Source: Tortispora ganteri
Lineage: Eukaryota
Length of the DNA: 64,000 nucleotides
NCBI GenBank assembly: GCA_003707115.1
Contig: PPNB01000002.1
Coordinates: forward strand, 186,001 to 250,000
Direction of reading: 5' to 3'
Shown here: piece by piece, positions 53,682 through 63,770 of the stretch
Position numbering within the stretch: position 1 is the first letter of the stretch
Layout: the number at the start of each line of letters is the position of its first letter
Translations under genes and position numbers: made by a program
The notes under the pieces: generated by a model
Database searches by the model: none
Told to the model about the DNA's origin: nothing
Seen by the model: only the letters and a program-made list of their open reading frames with translations

Positions 53682-54851
53682 TTAAGTCGGTTTCACGTAA
53701 TAGGGATCGCTGCTGAGAGTACTGATATCCCATTTTCGGTAAGGAGGAACAGATAAAGAAGTTCTAGTGTTTGATTTCTCATAAATTTCAATGGCAGCCC
53801 AGCCTATCATAACTGCATTGTCAGTGCACAATTCTGCAGGAGGAAAATAGTGGTTAGAGAAGGGTAATTGGTGCAGTTTTTGGCGGAAAGTCATGTTTGA
53901 TATAGTTCCTCCCGATGCCACAAAAGATTTCACTGATTCAAGTCCAGGTACAGATTTTGATTCTAAAAGAGTAAGTATTCTTTCAGTGACATGATCGAAA
54001 GCTCTATTTTGAACGTCATGAGCCAGAACCAGTTGTTGTTTTTTATTTCGCTTTTCTAAGAAACTTTCAGGATTTATTCCAGCAGCAGAAACAGTTCTGG
54101 TGAGCTTAGAGATCATAGATGCAAATGAGAAGGCAACTGAACCAATTCTTCGTGGTTTGTTGCGCATAGGCAGATCACCAGTGAGTCTAAGAAGCGAGTC
54201 ATCTTGGAGCCAGTTTGGATTGAAGTTCTGGATAAGAGACGCTTCCATCTCTTTAGCTATCATATTGCCCGAAAATCCCAAGTACCTTGCGCATTTGTCT
54301 AACGCGTCACCTATAGCTATATCGACGGTATTAGCGAGGATTTGGTGGTCGTGGAGCGATCGCGAAAGAGTGAACATTGTGTGACCACCAGAAGCAAGCA
54401 GAGTCACAAAGGGAAATTCCGGGTAATTGGTCTGATCTATGCGGCAAGTCAAAAGATGACCGAGCATATGATTTACACCAATAAGTGGTTTATTAAGCGC
54501 CACTGCCAGACCTTTTGCGCATTCTAAGCCTACAGCTAAACAGGCACCCATCCCGGGACCGCGTGTTACAGCGATAAGATCCGGTACTGTATTAGTAGCT
54601 TGAAGAACTTCCGATATAGTAGGAGCTAAATTGTTTTGGTGATGTAAAACTGCATCAACAGGGATAATACCACCGACATCAGCATTCTTCAATGTCTTAC
54701 GCACATTCGCAATTATAGAGAGATCATTAGACGATGGTCTGTCGAGTAGCGCAACTGCTGTATCATCACAAGAAGTCTCAATAGCAAGTACAGTATAATT
54801 ACGTAAATTTCGATTCAGATTATATAATCGTCTTGCAGTTCGATTTATCAT
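53682..54851 (-). CDS. QRI7: Mitochondrial tRNA N6-threonylcarbamoyltransferase (Kae1/TsaD family)
   Basis: Motifs VLAIETSCDDT, HMLGH, LLASGGHT, GDALDKCAR and CTDNAVMIGWA. Start at ATG 54851 (presequence-like) or 54905. Confidence 0.93.
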   Translation of the reverse strand: MINRTARRLYNLNRNLRNYTVLAIETSCDDTAVALLDRPSSNDLSIIANVRKTLKNADVGGIIPVDAVLHHQNNLAPTISEVLQATNTVPDLIAVTRGPGMGACLAVGLECAKGLAVALNKPLIGVNHMLGHLLTCRIDQTNYPEFPFVTLLASGGHTMFTLSRSLHDHQILANTVDIAIGDALDKCARYLGFSGNMIAKEMEASLIQNFNPNWLQDDSLLRLTGDLPMRNKPRRIGSVAFSFASMISKLTRTVSAAGINPESFLEKRNKKQQLVLAHDVQNRAFDHVTERILTLLESKSVPGLESVKSFVASGGTISNMTFRQKLHQLPFSNHYFPPAELCTDNAVMIGWAAIEIYEKSNTRTSLSVPPYRKWDISTLSSDPYYVKPT

Positions 54852-55098
54852 TAAAATTCTTTGAACATTTCCCCGGGGTGGAATGGAAAGGGAAAAAAAT
54901 GACATGCGACACAACCCTCACACCCTTCTTCATCTTCTTCACCACCCCCTCCGCTTTTCTCTTCCTTATCATCCCTTACTCTTAAATTCTTGGCCACCCT
55001 CTTTTTCATAATCAAAAAGTCGGCTCTGTATAATCTAAAAAGCTACATTTTGGGGTTTATTTTTTTGTGACAAGTTTCTTTTTCAATCATACACCGCC

Positions 55099-55980
55099 AT
55101 GGACGGCAAAGAGATACAACAACTCGTGAAATCTCTGTCAAAAGCATCGTCTAATGAAGAAATTCACAATATCTTGAAAATTCTTCACGAAAAAGTTGAG
55201 CCAACTGCCCAGCTTTTACGTGAAACTAAACTGGGTTTAGTTGTTAACGGATTTCGAAGCCATCCTGACTCAAAAGTCGCTGAACTCGTCCGCGTGACAG
55301 TCAAGGCATGGAGGGATAATCTCACTAATCAGAAATCAGGCGCAAAACCCAAATCGGCCGCCGCCACACTCAATCGCAAGGGAAGCACTGCTTCCTCACT
55401 TCCTGCCAACAAACCCGCAAACGGCGACCAGGCAGGCACCTCTACACAACGCACCGCTAAATCGGACAAGGTAAATGTCGATCTGTACGATGACAAAGTC
55501 CGGAATTCGTGCTTAGAAGTCACATACAACGCCCTGTGTCTCGATAACGCTGCCCCTGCTGATCAGATCATAGAAGTTTCTAAGTCTATCGAGCAATATG
55601 TACATAAAGCTGAAAAGGGCACTTCAGCATCCTACAAAGCGAAAATGAGATCGCTTTATGTCAACCTAAAGAACAAACAAAACCCTCAGCTGCGACAGCG
55701 TGTGATATCTGGACAGGTATCTCCTGAGCGACTGTATAACATGTCCCCTCAAGAGTTGGCCCCGGAGAAGCTGAAGGAGGAAATCCATGAACTCGAAAAG
55801 AAAAATCTGTTTAATGCACAAGGTGCCAAAGAGCAACGTGCTACAACTGATCGTTTTACCTGCGGTAAGTGCAAACAGAAGAAGGTGTCATATTATCAGA
55901 TGCAGACTAGGTCTGCTGATGAGCCTCTAACTACATTCTGCACGTGCGAGAACTGCGGAAATAGATGGAAGTTCAGCTAG
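55099..55980 (+). CDS. DST1: Transcription elongation factor TFIIS
   Basis: C-terminal zinc ribbon FTCGKCK.KKVSYYQMQTRSADEPLTTFCTCENCGNRWKFS. Confidence 0.97.
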   Translation: MDGKEIQQLVKSLSKASSNEEIHNILKILHEKVEPTAQLLRETKLGLVVNGFRSHPDSKVAELVRVTVKAWRDNLTNQKSGAKPKSAAATLNRKGSTASSLPANKPANGDQAGTSTQRTAKSDKVNVDLYDDKVRNSCLEVTYNALCLDNAAPADQIIEVSKSIEQYVHKAEKGTSASYKAKMRSLYVNLKNKQNPQLRQRVISGQVSPERLYNMSPQELAPEKLKEEIHELEKKNLFNAQGAKEQRATTDRFTCGKCKQKKVSYYQMQTRSADEPLTTFCTCENCGNRWKFS

Positions 55981-56005
55981 ATTTACTAGATTTAACTAGA
56001 TTTAA
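55977..56005. repeat. Triple tandem CTAGATTTA(A) spanning the spacer between DST1 and the methyltransferase gene
   Basis: CTAGATTTA-CTAGATTTAA-CTAGATTTAA read directly from the sequence. Confidence 0.8.
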
Positions 56006-57645
56006 CTTGGGCTAGCTAAGCCTGGACTAACGGATGTCAAGAACGATGCGTTCTGGTAGAAATCAAGCATAGGGTTTTCGCCAGATCTCACCTCGGTGTC
56101 CTGCAAGTTGGTGTATGGCTCCAGAAATTCCTTGTGCGACTTTGTCACAGCATCCTTACCGGTGATTTCCTTGTACAGATGTGCCGCGAGGCGGAAATCC
56201 GTGGGGAACATTATATCGAAGAAACCTTGGTGTGTCATGTAGGTGGACACTGGAATCATTTTTCCGTCCATTAATGTCTGTGTCACTGGTGCATTGTAAC
56301 CCGGAATGGTGTCCTTGAGGCTGTGAAAATCTGTAGCGATCAGCTTGTGGTTGGGGAAATATTTCCGCAGTATATGAAGGAACTCCACATATTTTGTAGG
56401 AATATATTCAGGATCTGATAGTGGTTTGCCTAGCACTGGCATTAGCGACTTTGTGCGTCTCCACCATCTTGGCTGGTTAAGAGGGTAGGATCTACCAGCA
56501 TTTGACACCAGCGTAGGATCTCTTGAGCGGTACTCTAAGAACTTTTTAGCAAGCGGATCTAAATCAGGGCTGAAGAATTCATGGAAATCACCATCAGCGT
56601 CAACCATGACGTAGCCCTGGTATGGAATGTCGGTTATATTATCATAACGCAGTACATCATGTGGAAAGTTGTCAAAAACTTCCGCTGCGATGAAAAAACA
56701 AGACTCGTTCACGGGTGTATTCCAATCGAAGATACTTATGTTAGAGATTTTGATTCTATTTGGATGTTTAGCAAGAACTTTCTTCTGCTTTTCGGCGAGC
56801 TGTCCTGTGATCTCAATGATATTGTAAGTAGTCCGTCTGTAGAGGTCTAGATGATGGAGCTTTAAGTAGCTGAGTATGTTATCCATAAGTGTTCCATTTC
56901 CGGCGCCCATTTCGTATATATTCAGCCGCTCTACGGGATCATGGTGGGCCACAATGTACCGGGCGAAAGCTTCACCATAATATGGTCTGAACAGCTCGGT
57001 CGGTGTATGCCAGACTTGCGTACCATACCTGAGATCCTGACTGCCAGCTGCTTCTTTTGCTTCATTAAAGTCTTTAGTCCATTCCATGAGGAAGTCGTCT
57101 GCGCCAGAGAATTTCGAAAAGACGTATGGGGTCTTTGGAGAGAATATATTTACAGCCCTGGAGAAGTAGCCATAGGACGGATTATACAGTGAGTCTGCTA
57201 TAAAACTTCTTGTAAGCATTTTAACACCACGTGGTCGTTCTTTGGTTCTTGAGAGCATACCTTCGTTGACAAGGTAAGCAGAGTCAAATTCATCCTGTGG
57301 GCCTTCGTCCAGTAGGTATATGTATGTAGTAGGTCGGACGGAATATTCATGTCGTCCACCAAGTTTTGCACTAGCCGGGGTATGACTCGGTGCAATCTGC
57401 GGACCCATAAATTTGCCCCTGAGATGTGATTTGTTGAGTTCTGTAAGTGTTTTACTATCTCTAGCCATGATATCCGCAGAGACGCGCGGGCGAGGAACCG
57501 ATTTCGTTGACGGTGCTTGATCCTGATGCTTTATGAGATTGTTTGCAATAGTATCGTTGGTATTATTCTGAACCGATTTTGACTTTTTCGGCGGCGGAAT
57601 CGTGTAACATCTCGATTGCGAGAAACGCAGCCGGCGAGGAAGCAT
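56002..57645 (-). CDS. Mitochondrial SAM-dependent methyltransferase, NDUFAF7/MidA family (YKL162C-like)
   Basis: Motifs FI.DSLYNP.YGYF, WHTPTELF.PYYGEA, IYEMGAGNGT, EVFDNF.HD and G.FDI.FPTDF. ATG at 57645 gives a presequence (MLPRRLRF). Confidence 0.85.
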   Translation of the reverse strand: MLPRRLRFSQSRCYTIPPPKKSKSVQNNTNDTIANNLIKHQDQAPSTKSVPRPRVSADIMARDSKTLTELNKSHLRGKFMGPQIAPSHTPASAKLGGRHEYSVRPTTYIYLLDEGPQDEFDSAYLVNEGMLSRTKERPRGVKMLTRSFIADSLYNPSYGYFSRAVNIFSPKTPYVFSKFSGADDFLMEWTKDFNEAKEAAGSQDLRYGTQVWHTPTELFRPYYGEAFARYIVAHHDPVERLNIYEMGAGNGTLMDNILSYLKLHHLDLYRRTTYNIIEITGQLAEKQKKVLAKHPNRIKISNISIFDWNTPVNESCFFIAAEVFDNFPHDVLRYDNITDIPYQGYVMVDADGDFHEFFSPDLDPLAKKFLEYRSRDPTLVSNAGRSYPLNQPRWWRRTKSLMPVLGKPLSDPEYIPTKYVEFLHILRKYFPNHKLIATDFHSLKDTIPGYNAPVTQTLMDGKMIPVSTYMTHQGFFDIMFPTDFRLAAHLYKEITGKDAVTKSHKEFLEPYTNLQDTEVRSGENPMLDFYQNASFLTSVSPGLASPS

Positions 57646-57717
57646 TGTTAGTCGAAGGTGAACCAAGTAGAGAGGGGATCAGGGACGGAACTCTCCTAGA
57701 GACAAGAACGACAAAAG

Positions 57718-58830
57718 ATGAGGTCGGGTCAGGCATTCTCGCTCGGTATTGTCATTGGCGGTGCTGTAATTCTCCTCTATAATTCATTCAAAAAGAAGAT
57801 CCAATATAAAATATACGCGGATGTATCTGAGCTGATCGGCAACACGCCAATTCTTAGGATTAACTCGCTCTCTGAGGAGACCGGATGTGAGATACTGGCG
57901 AAAATGGAGGTCTACGAGCCCGGCGGTAGCGCAAAAGACAGAGTCGCTTTAGGAATAATTGAGGACTTTGAGAAACGTGGTCTTTTAAAAAAAGGCGATG
58001 TAATTTTTGAGGGCACATCTGGATCTACAGGGATCTCACTGGCTATGCTAGCCAGATCTAGAGGGTATGAGGCCCATATATGTGTGCCTGACGACACAAG
58101 TACTAATAAGATCAAGCTGCTGGAGAGTCTGGGTGCGAATGTAGAGAAAGTTCGACCAGCAAGTATTATTGATAAGAACCATTACGTTAATAAAGCCCGC
58201 TTGTTGGCTGAACATATATGCAATGACCATAACGATCCAAGGAATGCCGTGTTCGCTGACCAATTCGAAAACGAAATTAACTGGAAAGTACATTACCAGA
58301 CAACTGGTCCTGAAATTTATCGCCAGTGTGACGGTTCGCTGGACGCATTCGTCACTGGCGCTGGAACTGGCGGCACAATTGCCGGCGTCGGTAGGTACCT
58401 CAAACAAAAAGTGCCAAATGTCCGAATCGTACTGGCCGATCCGCAAGGAAGTGGCTTGTACAACTCAGTTAAGTACGGTGTCATGTATGACACCGTCGAA
58501 AAGGAAGGCAGCAGAAAAAGACATCAAGTTGATACTGTGGTTGAAGGAATAGGCATTAACAGACGTACGGCAAACTTTGAGGCTGGCGCGTCATATATTG
58601 ATGACGCGTTCCGTATTACAGACAAAGAAGCTGTAGATATGGCTAGACATCTGGTCTCAAAAGACGGTCTATTTGTAGGCTCCTCTTCCGCTGTGAATTG
58701 TGTTGCCGCAAAAAAGCTCGCAGAGCAACTAGGTCCAGGCCATAGAATCGTTACTGTTATATGTGATTCTGGTGCACGTCATCTAAATAAGTTTTGGAAC
58801 ATCACATCGGAAGATACTTCAAGTCCCTGA
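57718..58830 (+). CDS. Cysteine synthase-like PLP enzyme with N-terminal membrane anchor (YGR012W/Mcy1 type)
   Basis: Motifs IGNTP, PGGSAKDRVA (PLP lysine), EGTSGSTGIS, GAGTGGT and CDSG.RH, with a hydrophobic N-terminus. Confidence 0.92.
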   Translation: MRSGQAFSLGIVIGGAVILLYNSFKKKIQYKIYADVSELIGNTPILRINSLSEETGCEILAKMEVYEPGGSAKDRVALGIIEDFEKRGLLKKGDVIFEGTSGSTGISLAMLARSRGYEAHICVPDDTSTNKIKLLESLGANVEKVRPASIIDKNHYVNKARLLAEHICNDHNDPRNAVFADQFENEINWKVHYQTTGPEIYRQCDGSLDAFVTGAGTGGTIAGVGRYLKQKVPNVRIVLADPQGSGLYNSVKYGVMYDTVEKEGSRKRHQVDTVVEGIGINRRTANFEAGASYIDDAFRITDKEAVDMARHLVSKDGLFVGSSSAVNCVAAKKLAEQLGPGHRIVTVICDSGARHLNKFWNITSEDTSSP

Positions 58831-58848
58831 ATATTATAAATAGTACCT

Positions 58849-59940
58849 TTATGACTCAGCGGCGTGGTGTTTCTCTGCCTCGATTTGGCGGAAATGAGTG
58901 CTGGACAACTTGTCCTTGAACCCGTCGCCCTCGGAGCCTCCGAGGACAGGTATTTGCCATACTTTTAAGGTGTTCCAGCCCTTTTCTGTACGTACTTTCT
59001 GAATCATTTTGGCTCCCGTTACAGTCTCTCGCGATATAACCAGAGCATCTATATCTTTTTCTTTTGCTGTTGGACCGTATACGTCATTGATCTCGTAGAT
59101 ATCTATTTTCAGCTCCGGGAAAACGTAATTCATAAAATCCTCGACAGATTTCTTTCGGACGTCGTAATCTTCCAAATATTCAGCGTACTTCTTGTTCTTC
59201 AAAAGCGCCTCACCGGTGATCCCGATAATTAGTCTGTCAGAAGTGATGAATCCGGCCATAGTCAGTAGGATCTTGTGTCCTGCATGTAAATGGTCGAAAG
59301 TTCCTCCAACCGCAGTCACACGGTAGCGCGCTTCAAGTCCAAAAAGGTACAGATCCTCCTCCTCTTTCTCGTTATTCATCTGGAGATCGCTCAGCGATTC
59401 CAGTTTTGCGTCTGTATATTCCTCGTCAGATAACAGCTTCGGTGTATGTATTATTAGCGAACCGGACGCAGGAGATTCGCAAGAGGACCAGCTTCCAGGT
59501 ATTCGCCCCATATTCAATATCAGCACAGGTAGAGAGTGGTAGAACAAGTAGTGGTTGTTCTGGCCTTCGGTCAAAGATGTCATTATACGCTGGTGCTCGG
59601 CATTGCCGACAGCGAGCGCCTCCCAGTTACGTTTTAGTGCAGTTTTATTAATCGAAAATCCACCTACTTCGTCTATCAGAACCGTAAACTCAATATTTTG
59701 GCGGTTAAGTGTATCTCCATATTTACAAGCCAATGCATAGAGTATTGACACCATTCTACCTAGGCTGAAGAAAGACCGCGGAGGATCAAGGATCACGCAA
59801 TCGAGCTTTCCATTAGGAGCAGTAGCTTTAAATGCACCATACAACAGATCCGAATAAACGTCCTGTATCGCGCCCTGTGATAACTCAGAATGTTCAGGAG
59901 GTGCAATTACTAGCAATAATGATTGATAAACGCAGTTCAT
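58849..59940 (-). CDS. CAB4: Phosphopantetheine adenylyltransferase (CoA biosynthesis)
   Basis: Motifs AVGGTFDHLHAGHKILL (HxGH), D.YGPT, LVISRET and KLSST. Confidence 0.9.
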   Translation of the reverse strand: MNCVYQSLLLVIAPPEHSELSQGAIQDVYSDLLYGAFKATAPNGKLDCVILDPPRSFFSLGRMVSILYALACKYGDTLNRQNIEFTVLIDEVGGFSINKTALKRNWEALAVGNAEHQRIMTSLTEGQNNHYLFYHSLPVLILNMGRIPGSWSSCESPASGSLIIHTPKLLSDEEYTDAKLESLSDLQMNNEKEEEDLYLFGLEARYRVTAVGGTFDHLHAGHKILLTMAGFITSDRLIIGITGEALLKNKKYAEYLEDYDVRKKSVEDFMNYVFPELKIDIYEINDVYGPTAKEKDIDALVISRETVTGAKMIQKVRTEKGWNTLKVWQIPVLGGSEGDGFKDKLSSTHFRQIEAEKHHAAES

Positions 59941-60216
59941 ATTCCTTAGTTAAAGTAGAACTAGTTTTCCTAGTTAAGTCGTTTGATTGTCACGTTTCCA
60001 AGTACAGTACAGATAAATTTTTAGCCTCAATTATTTTATTAGCACGCTTTTGCCTCTCTCTCCTTTCTAGCGCGTCTTAATTTATTTACTCAACTTACGG
60101 CTATTAAATCGAAAGTGGAAAGTGCGGGGGTGTATTATTGGCATTATTAGTTTGTAAACTGTAAAACCTTAAAAAAAGGTCCAGTAATCCAACAAAAATC
60201 TCACATCTCGGCACCA

Positions 60217-63087
60217 TTAATTGTCTCCTCTACTTAGCTGTAGAATTAACCTGCTTTCAATCTCATTAGAATCCACAGACCGATCTAGCTCCAGCTTCTG
60301 AGAAGCTACACTGTATATAGCCTCGTCAACCGTACCTCGAGTAATTAGCCGTGTAACTTCGACCTCGCGCGTCTGACCAACACGGTGCGCTCGGTCTTCT
60401 GCCTGTTTGTCATCCTGTGGATTAAATGACTGGTCAAATATTATGACTTTGTTCGCACACGCTAGATTGATGCCAAATCCGCCTGCTTTCGTAGAAAGCA
60501 GGAAAACAGGAATATCCGTCTCCGCATGAAACTTGTCGATCAGATCTTGTCTACTTTCAACAGGCGTCGATCCGTCTATACGGACAAATGCCACTTTGAT
60601 TGACGATAGAACAAGCTCAAGGATATTCAGTAACATAGTGAATTGCGAAAATATAAGAAATCTATCATCATCCTTGCGTTTCGTCAATATATCTATCAGC
60701 ACACCCACTTTGCCCGAATTCTGCGCCATCCAAGGTTCCCCGACCATCTTGTATGGTGTCATCGTACGAGGAAACTCATTGCATAGATTATACAGCTCCA
60801 TGTCCGTCATCACTTCCATATCTTCATATATATAATCTTCGTTTGCTTCGGCGTATCTGGACTCACGCATAATGGCTTTCGACATTTCTCGCAGTTTCTC
60901 GTTCGTGTACCAATGGCGCATCAGAAGCGCATGCAATGCTGTCTTTCGCAGGTTCATCAGTACACTGGCACCTTGAGCAAAAAGCTTCTTACTGGAAGCC
61001 TGGATATCCAGCCTATCTTTGTCTCCAAGATCGGGTTCAAGTTGTAGAGTTTCTTTAATTAATCCGTTGTATATTTCTCGTTGAGTCTCCGACAGCTCGC
61101 AGTATACGACCTTCTGCACTTTCCTAGGCAAGCAATCTAGAATCTGTTCCTTTTTCCGCCTCAAAACAAACGGCGTCAGAATAGATTTGGCTCTTTCTAA
61201 ACGCTGTTGCGACAAAGGGTTTGCAGATCGTTCAGGGAACACACTTGACGCTCGAGAAGATGACTCAGAGACATTCGATTCTTCGCTGTTTCGTGCATTC
61301 TTGCCTGCTGAATGCGAAACTTTCATTTTGCGCATTCGAAACAGTTCCGTTAGACTTTCCTCGTTTTCAGCAAATAGTTCGGGCAGTATAAATGAAAGTA
61401 GAGCAATTAGCTCATGGAGATTGTTCTGCAAAGGAGTGCCCGTTAAAAGCAGTCGAAACTTTCCTCTAATTTTCATTAGTTTCTTATAACGATCGCTTGT
61501 AGGATTTTTCAATGCATGCCCTTCGTCGTAAATACAACAGTCGAATGGGATACTTCTTAGGAACGACAGATCATATTTCGAACTCGTAGCGATATTATAA
61601 GTTGTGACAAGAACGTCAAAAGGGTATAAACTAGAATTGCTGCCACTCGCGCGCTGCTGCTGTATTTTGTAGTCTGTAATTTCAGATCGAATTACTTCAC
61701 GTTCTGATTGAGAGCCGTAATATGGTTCGATATTCAGTTCAGGTGCAAATCTTTGGAACTCTCGCATCCAGTTCTCAAGCGTTGATGATGGAACTATTAC
61801 CAAATGAGGTCCTTTTTTATTCTGCTCTTTCAATAGCTGTAAAAATGAAATAACTTGACAAGTCTTACCCAGGCCCATTTCATCTGCCAATATACCAGAG
61901 AGTTTGTTGGAGTATAGTAGGTATAGCCAGTTGACTCCGACTAGCTGATATCCTTTTAAATCTAGTGCCATGCCAGCTGGCTGGGCTTTGAACGATGCAT
62001 TCTCTGGTTTTGAGATATCAACTAGGTCTATTTCGCCTTCTATCCTATTAGTTCCAGACCATTCGTGAAGGACTTTTGAGATATTTTTGCTGATCTTTTC
62101 ACATTGCTGTATTAGCGAGTCAATAGCATGATACCCTCTAAATGTGGATACGCTATTCTCTATCATCTTCATACCCTCTGTGATGCGCTTTTTGTTCTTA
62201 GTTCTGCTATTCTTTTTAGGAGCAGATGGATCAATAATAGCCAGTTCGCTTAGATGTGTAAATGGACGGAGAGACGTAATATGTTCAGCAAATGCTAAGT
62301 TAGAAAGACTTATATCGGCGATATCTTCAGCATCGGCATTGTTTATAAAATTAAGAACCTCATCTTCTAATTCGCGAAGCGCTTCTTCATCTTCTGAATG
62401 TTCTTGTTCGACTTCAGAGTCACTGACGGCCGTGTCTTCCAATAATTCCTCGTCGGACTCCGAAACTCTTCTAGATTTACTTTTGCTCTTACTTGCAGTA
62501 GTTTTGAGCAGTTTGACTACTGCAGGTGCGTCCTTAGTCCTGGACATATCATTCTTAGAGACGCCTCTGAACACATTGATCTCGTCGTCGTCACTGTCGT
62601 CAATTATGATAGATTGTGATTTAGTAGTAGGTATTGCAGCAGGTTCTTTCAAGTACGATACCGAGGTAGTAGGCTTGTATTTGAACTTGTCACGAATCGA
62701 AAGCGAACTCGATACCACGCGCTTTGAGTTTTCAGGCGATTTTATAGCTGCGTCAGAAGATGAACGCTTGAGCACGGCTATACCGCGTTTGGGGGAGTCA
62801 GGTTTATTACTTGCAATGAGAGGTTTTGTTTGTCTTAGTCTTTGTTTTTTCCGCTCTATAACCATATCTAACGCCTTGAAATAATCCGCTTTAAGTCGAG
62901 CAGCAGACATACATTCTTCTGCCAGCGCGTCAGGTACAGCACGTTTGAGCCTTTTAGCAAGAGCTATGACTTCTGCATCTACTTTTATGATATTTCCAAT
63001 ATTTGTATTTTTAGGCTTGTATGAATATTTACTAAGATCTATTCTGCAATTTGTAGATTCACCTTGTGGGGCTGTATCTGACTGCAT
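60217..63087 (-). CDS. FUN30: SNF2-family chromatin remodeler Fun30/SMARCAD1
   Basis: Motifs ILADEMGLGKTCQ, DEGH.LKN, LLTGTPLQNN, LLSTKAGGFGINL and QAEDRAHRVGQ. Confidence 0.93.
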   Translation of the reverse strand: MQSDTAPQGESTNCRIDLSKYSYKPKNTNIGNIIKVDAEVIALAKRLKRAVPDALAEECMSAARLKADYFKALDMVIERKKQRLRQTKPLIASNKPDSPKRGIAVLKRSSSDAAIKSPENSKRVVSSSLSIRDKFKYKPTTSVSYLKEPAAIPTTKSQSIIIDDSDDDEINVFRGVSKNDMSRTKDAPAVVKLLKTTASKSKSKSRRVSESDEELLEDTAVSDSEVEQEHSEDEEALRELEDEVLNFINNADAEDIADISLSNLAFAEHITSLRPFTHLSELAIIDPSAPKKNSRTKNKKRITEGMKMIENSVSTFRGYHAIDSLIQQCEKISKNISKVLHEWSGTNRIEGEIDLVDISKPENASFKAQPAGMALDLKGYQLVGVNWLYLLYSNKLSGILADEMGLGKTCQVISFLQLLKEQNKKGPHLVIVPSSTLENWMREFQRFAPELNIEPYYGSQSEREVIRSEITDYKIQQQRASGSNSSLYPFDVLVTTYNIATSSKYDLSFLRSIPFDCCIYDEGHALKNPTSDRYKKLMKIRGKFRLLLTGTPLQNNLHELIALLSFILPELFAENEESLTELFRMRKMKVSHSAGKNARNSEESNVSESSSRASSVFPERSANPLSQQRLERAKSILTPFVLRRKKEQILDCLPRKVQKVVYCELSETQREIYNGLIKETLQLEPDLGDKDRLDIQASSKKLFAQGASVLMNLRKTALHALLMRHWYTNEKLREMSKAIMRESRYAEANEDYIYEDMEVMTDMELYNLCNEFPRTMTPYKMVGEPWMAQNSGKVGVLIDILTKRKDDDRFLIFSQFTMLLNILELVLSSIKVAFVRIDGSTPVESRQDLIDKFHAETDIPVFLLSTKAGGFGINLACANKVIIFDQSFNPQDDKQAEDRAHRVGQTREVEVTRLITRGTVDEAIYSVASQKLELDRSVDSNEIESRLILQLSRGDN

Positions 63088-63156
63088 ATTCAGACGCGTA
63101 TTAGAAGGAAGTGTAAAAATTCAAGTTTAGACTTCACTCACACACACACTTTTACA

Positions 63157-63693
63157 ATGGTCGGGTTCAAACTGACAAAAAAAAATGACACAAAAAAGGT
63201 CATTTCGAAATTTGATTTTGATGAAAAAGACACAGATATTTCAGTTATTTCAAAACCAAAACTTGTATCTGTAAATCTTGAGAAAAATGTTGACTCAGCG
63301 CTGCTTTACGATGATTCTGATCCAGTGCATCATCACCAACATGATCCCGTTAAAGTCAACAAACAACCACGGTACATTTCAGGACTCAAAAGGGCCGCTG
63401 AAGAAAGAAATAAATCTCGCCAACTTATTCGTGATATGAACTTACGACAGGAAAATCAGAAACTTGCTGAAAATCAACAAGTCTTTGTTACTGATACCTA
63501 CAAGAAACACATAGCATCTCTTGGTGAGCCAGTTCCGAGGTCTATTCCAAAGACTTCAAATAGCTCTTCTCAAGACACGTTGAACAGCTCTTCTCGGTCA
63601 CATAAAAAATCTCCTGCAGATATCCAGACTCTCAGAGAAAGGTATATTGTTAGACGCAAGGCGAAGATAGAGTCTCTACATGTCTCTACATGA
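63157..63693 (+). CDS. NSRP1/CCDC55 (DUF2040)-like nuclear speckle splicing regulator
   Basis: Motifs PRYI..L..AA..R, FVT..YKK and a C-terminal RERY..R. Confidence 0.7.
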   Translation: MVGFKLTKKNDTKKVISKFDFDEKDTDISVISKPKLVSVNLEKNVDSALLYDDSDPVHHHQHDPVKVNKQPRYISGLKRAAEERNKSRQLIRDMNLRQENQKLAENQQVFVTDTYKKHIASLGEPVPRSIPKTSNSSSQDTLNSSSRSHKKSPADIQTLRERYIVRRKAKIESLHVST

Positions 63694-63699
63694 TTGCTT

Positions 63700-63770
63700 G
63701 TCTATTTGACTAGGTCTATTGACTAGGTCTATTGACTAGGTCTATTGACTAGGTCTATTGACTAGGTCTA
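63700..63770. repeat. 13-bp tandem repeat (GACTAGGTCTATT), about 5.4 copies
   Basis: Perfect units start at 63708, 63721, 63734 and 63747, with a partial unit at 63760-63770 and a partial GTCTATT at 63700. Confidence 0.95.

Noticed and set aside
62144..62884. 246-aa antisense ORF inside FUN30
   Set aside because: Non-ATG start, and the Ser/Leu-rich composition is the expected mirror of the Glu/Lys/Asp-rich sense strand. No recognisable domain.
6940..63087. Apparent genome-maintenance cluster (SWD2, MSH2, POL2, DST1, FUN30)
   Set aside because: The genes are scattered among unrelated housekeeping genes, as expected by chance in a gene-dense yeast chromosome.
63700..63770. Repeat array considered as CRISPR-like
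   Set aside because: Direct head-to-tail 13-mers without spacers, in a eukaryotic context with no cas genes.
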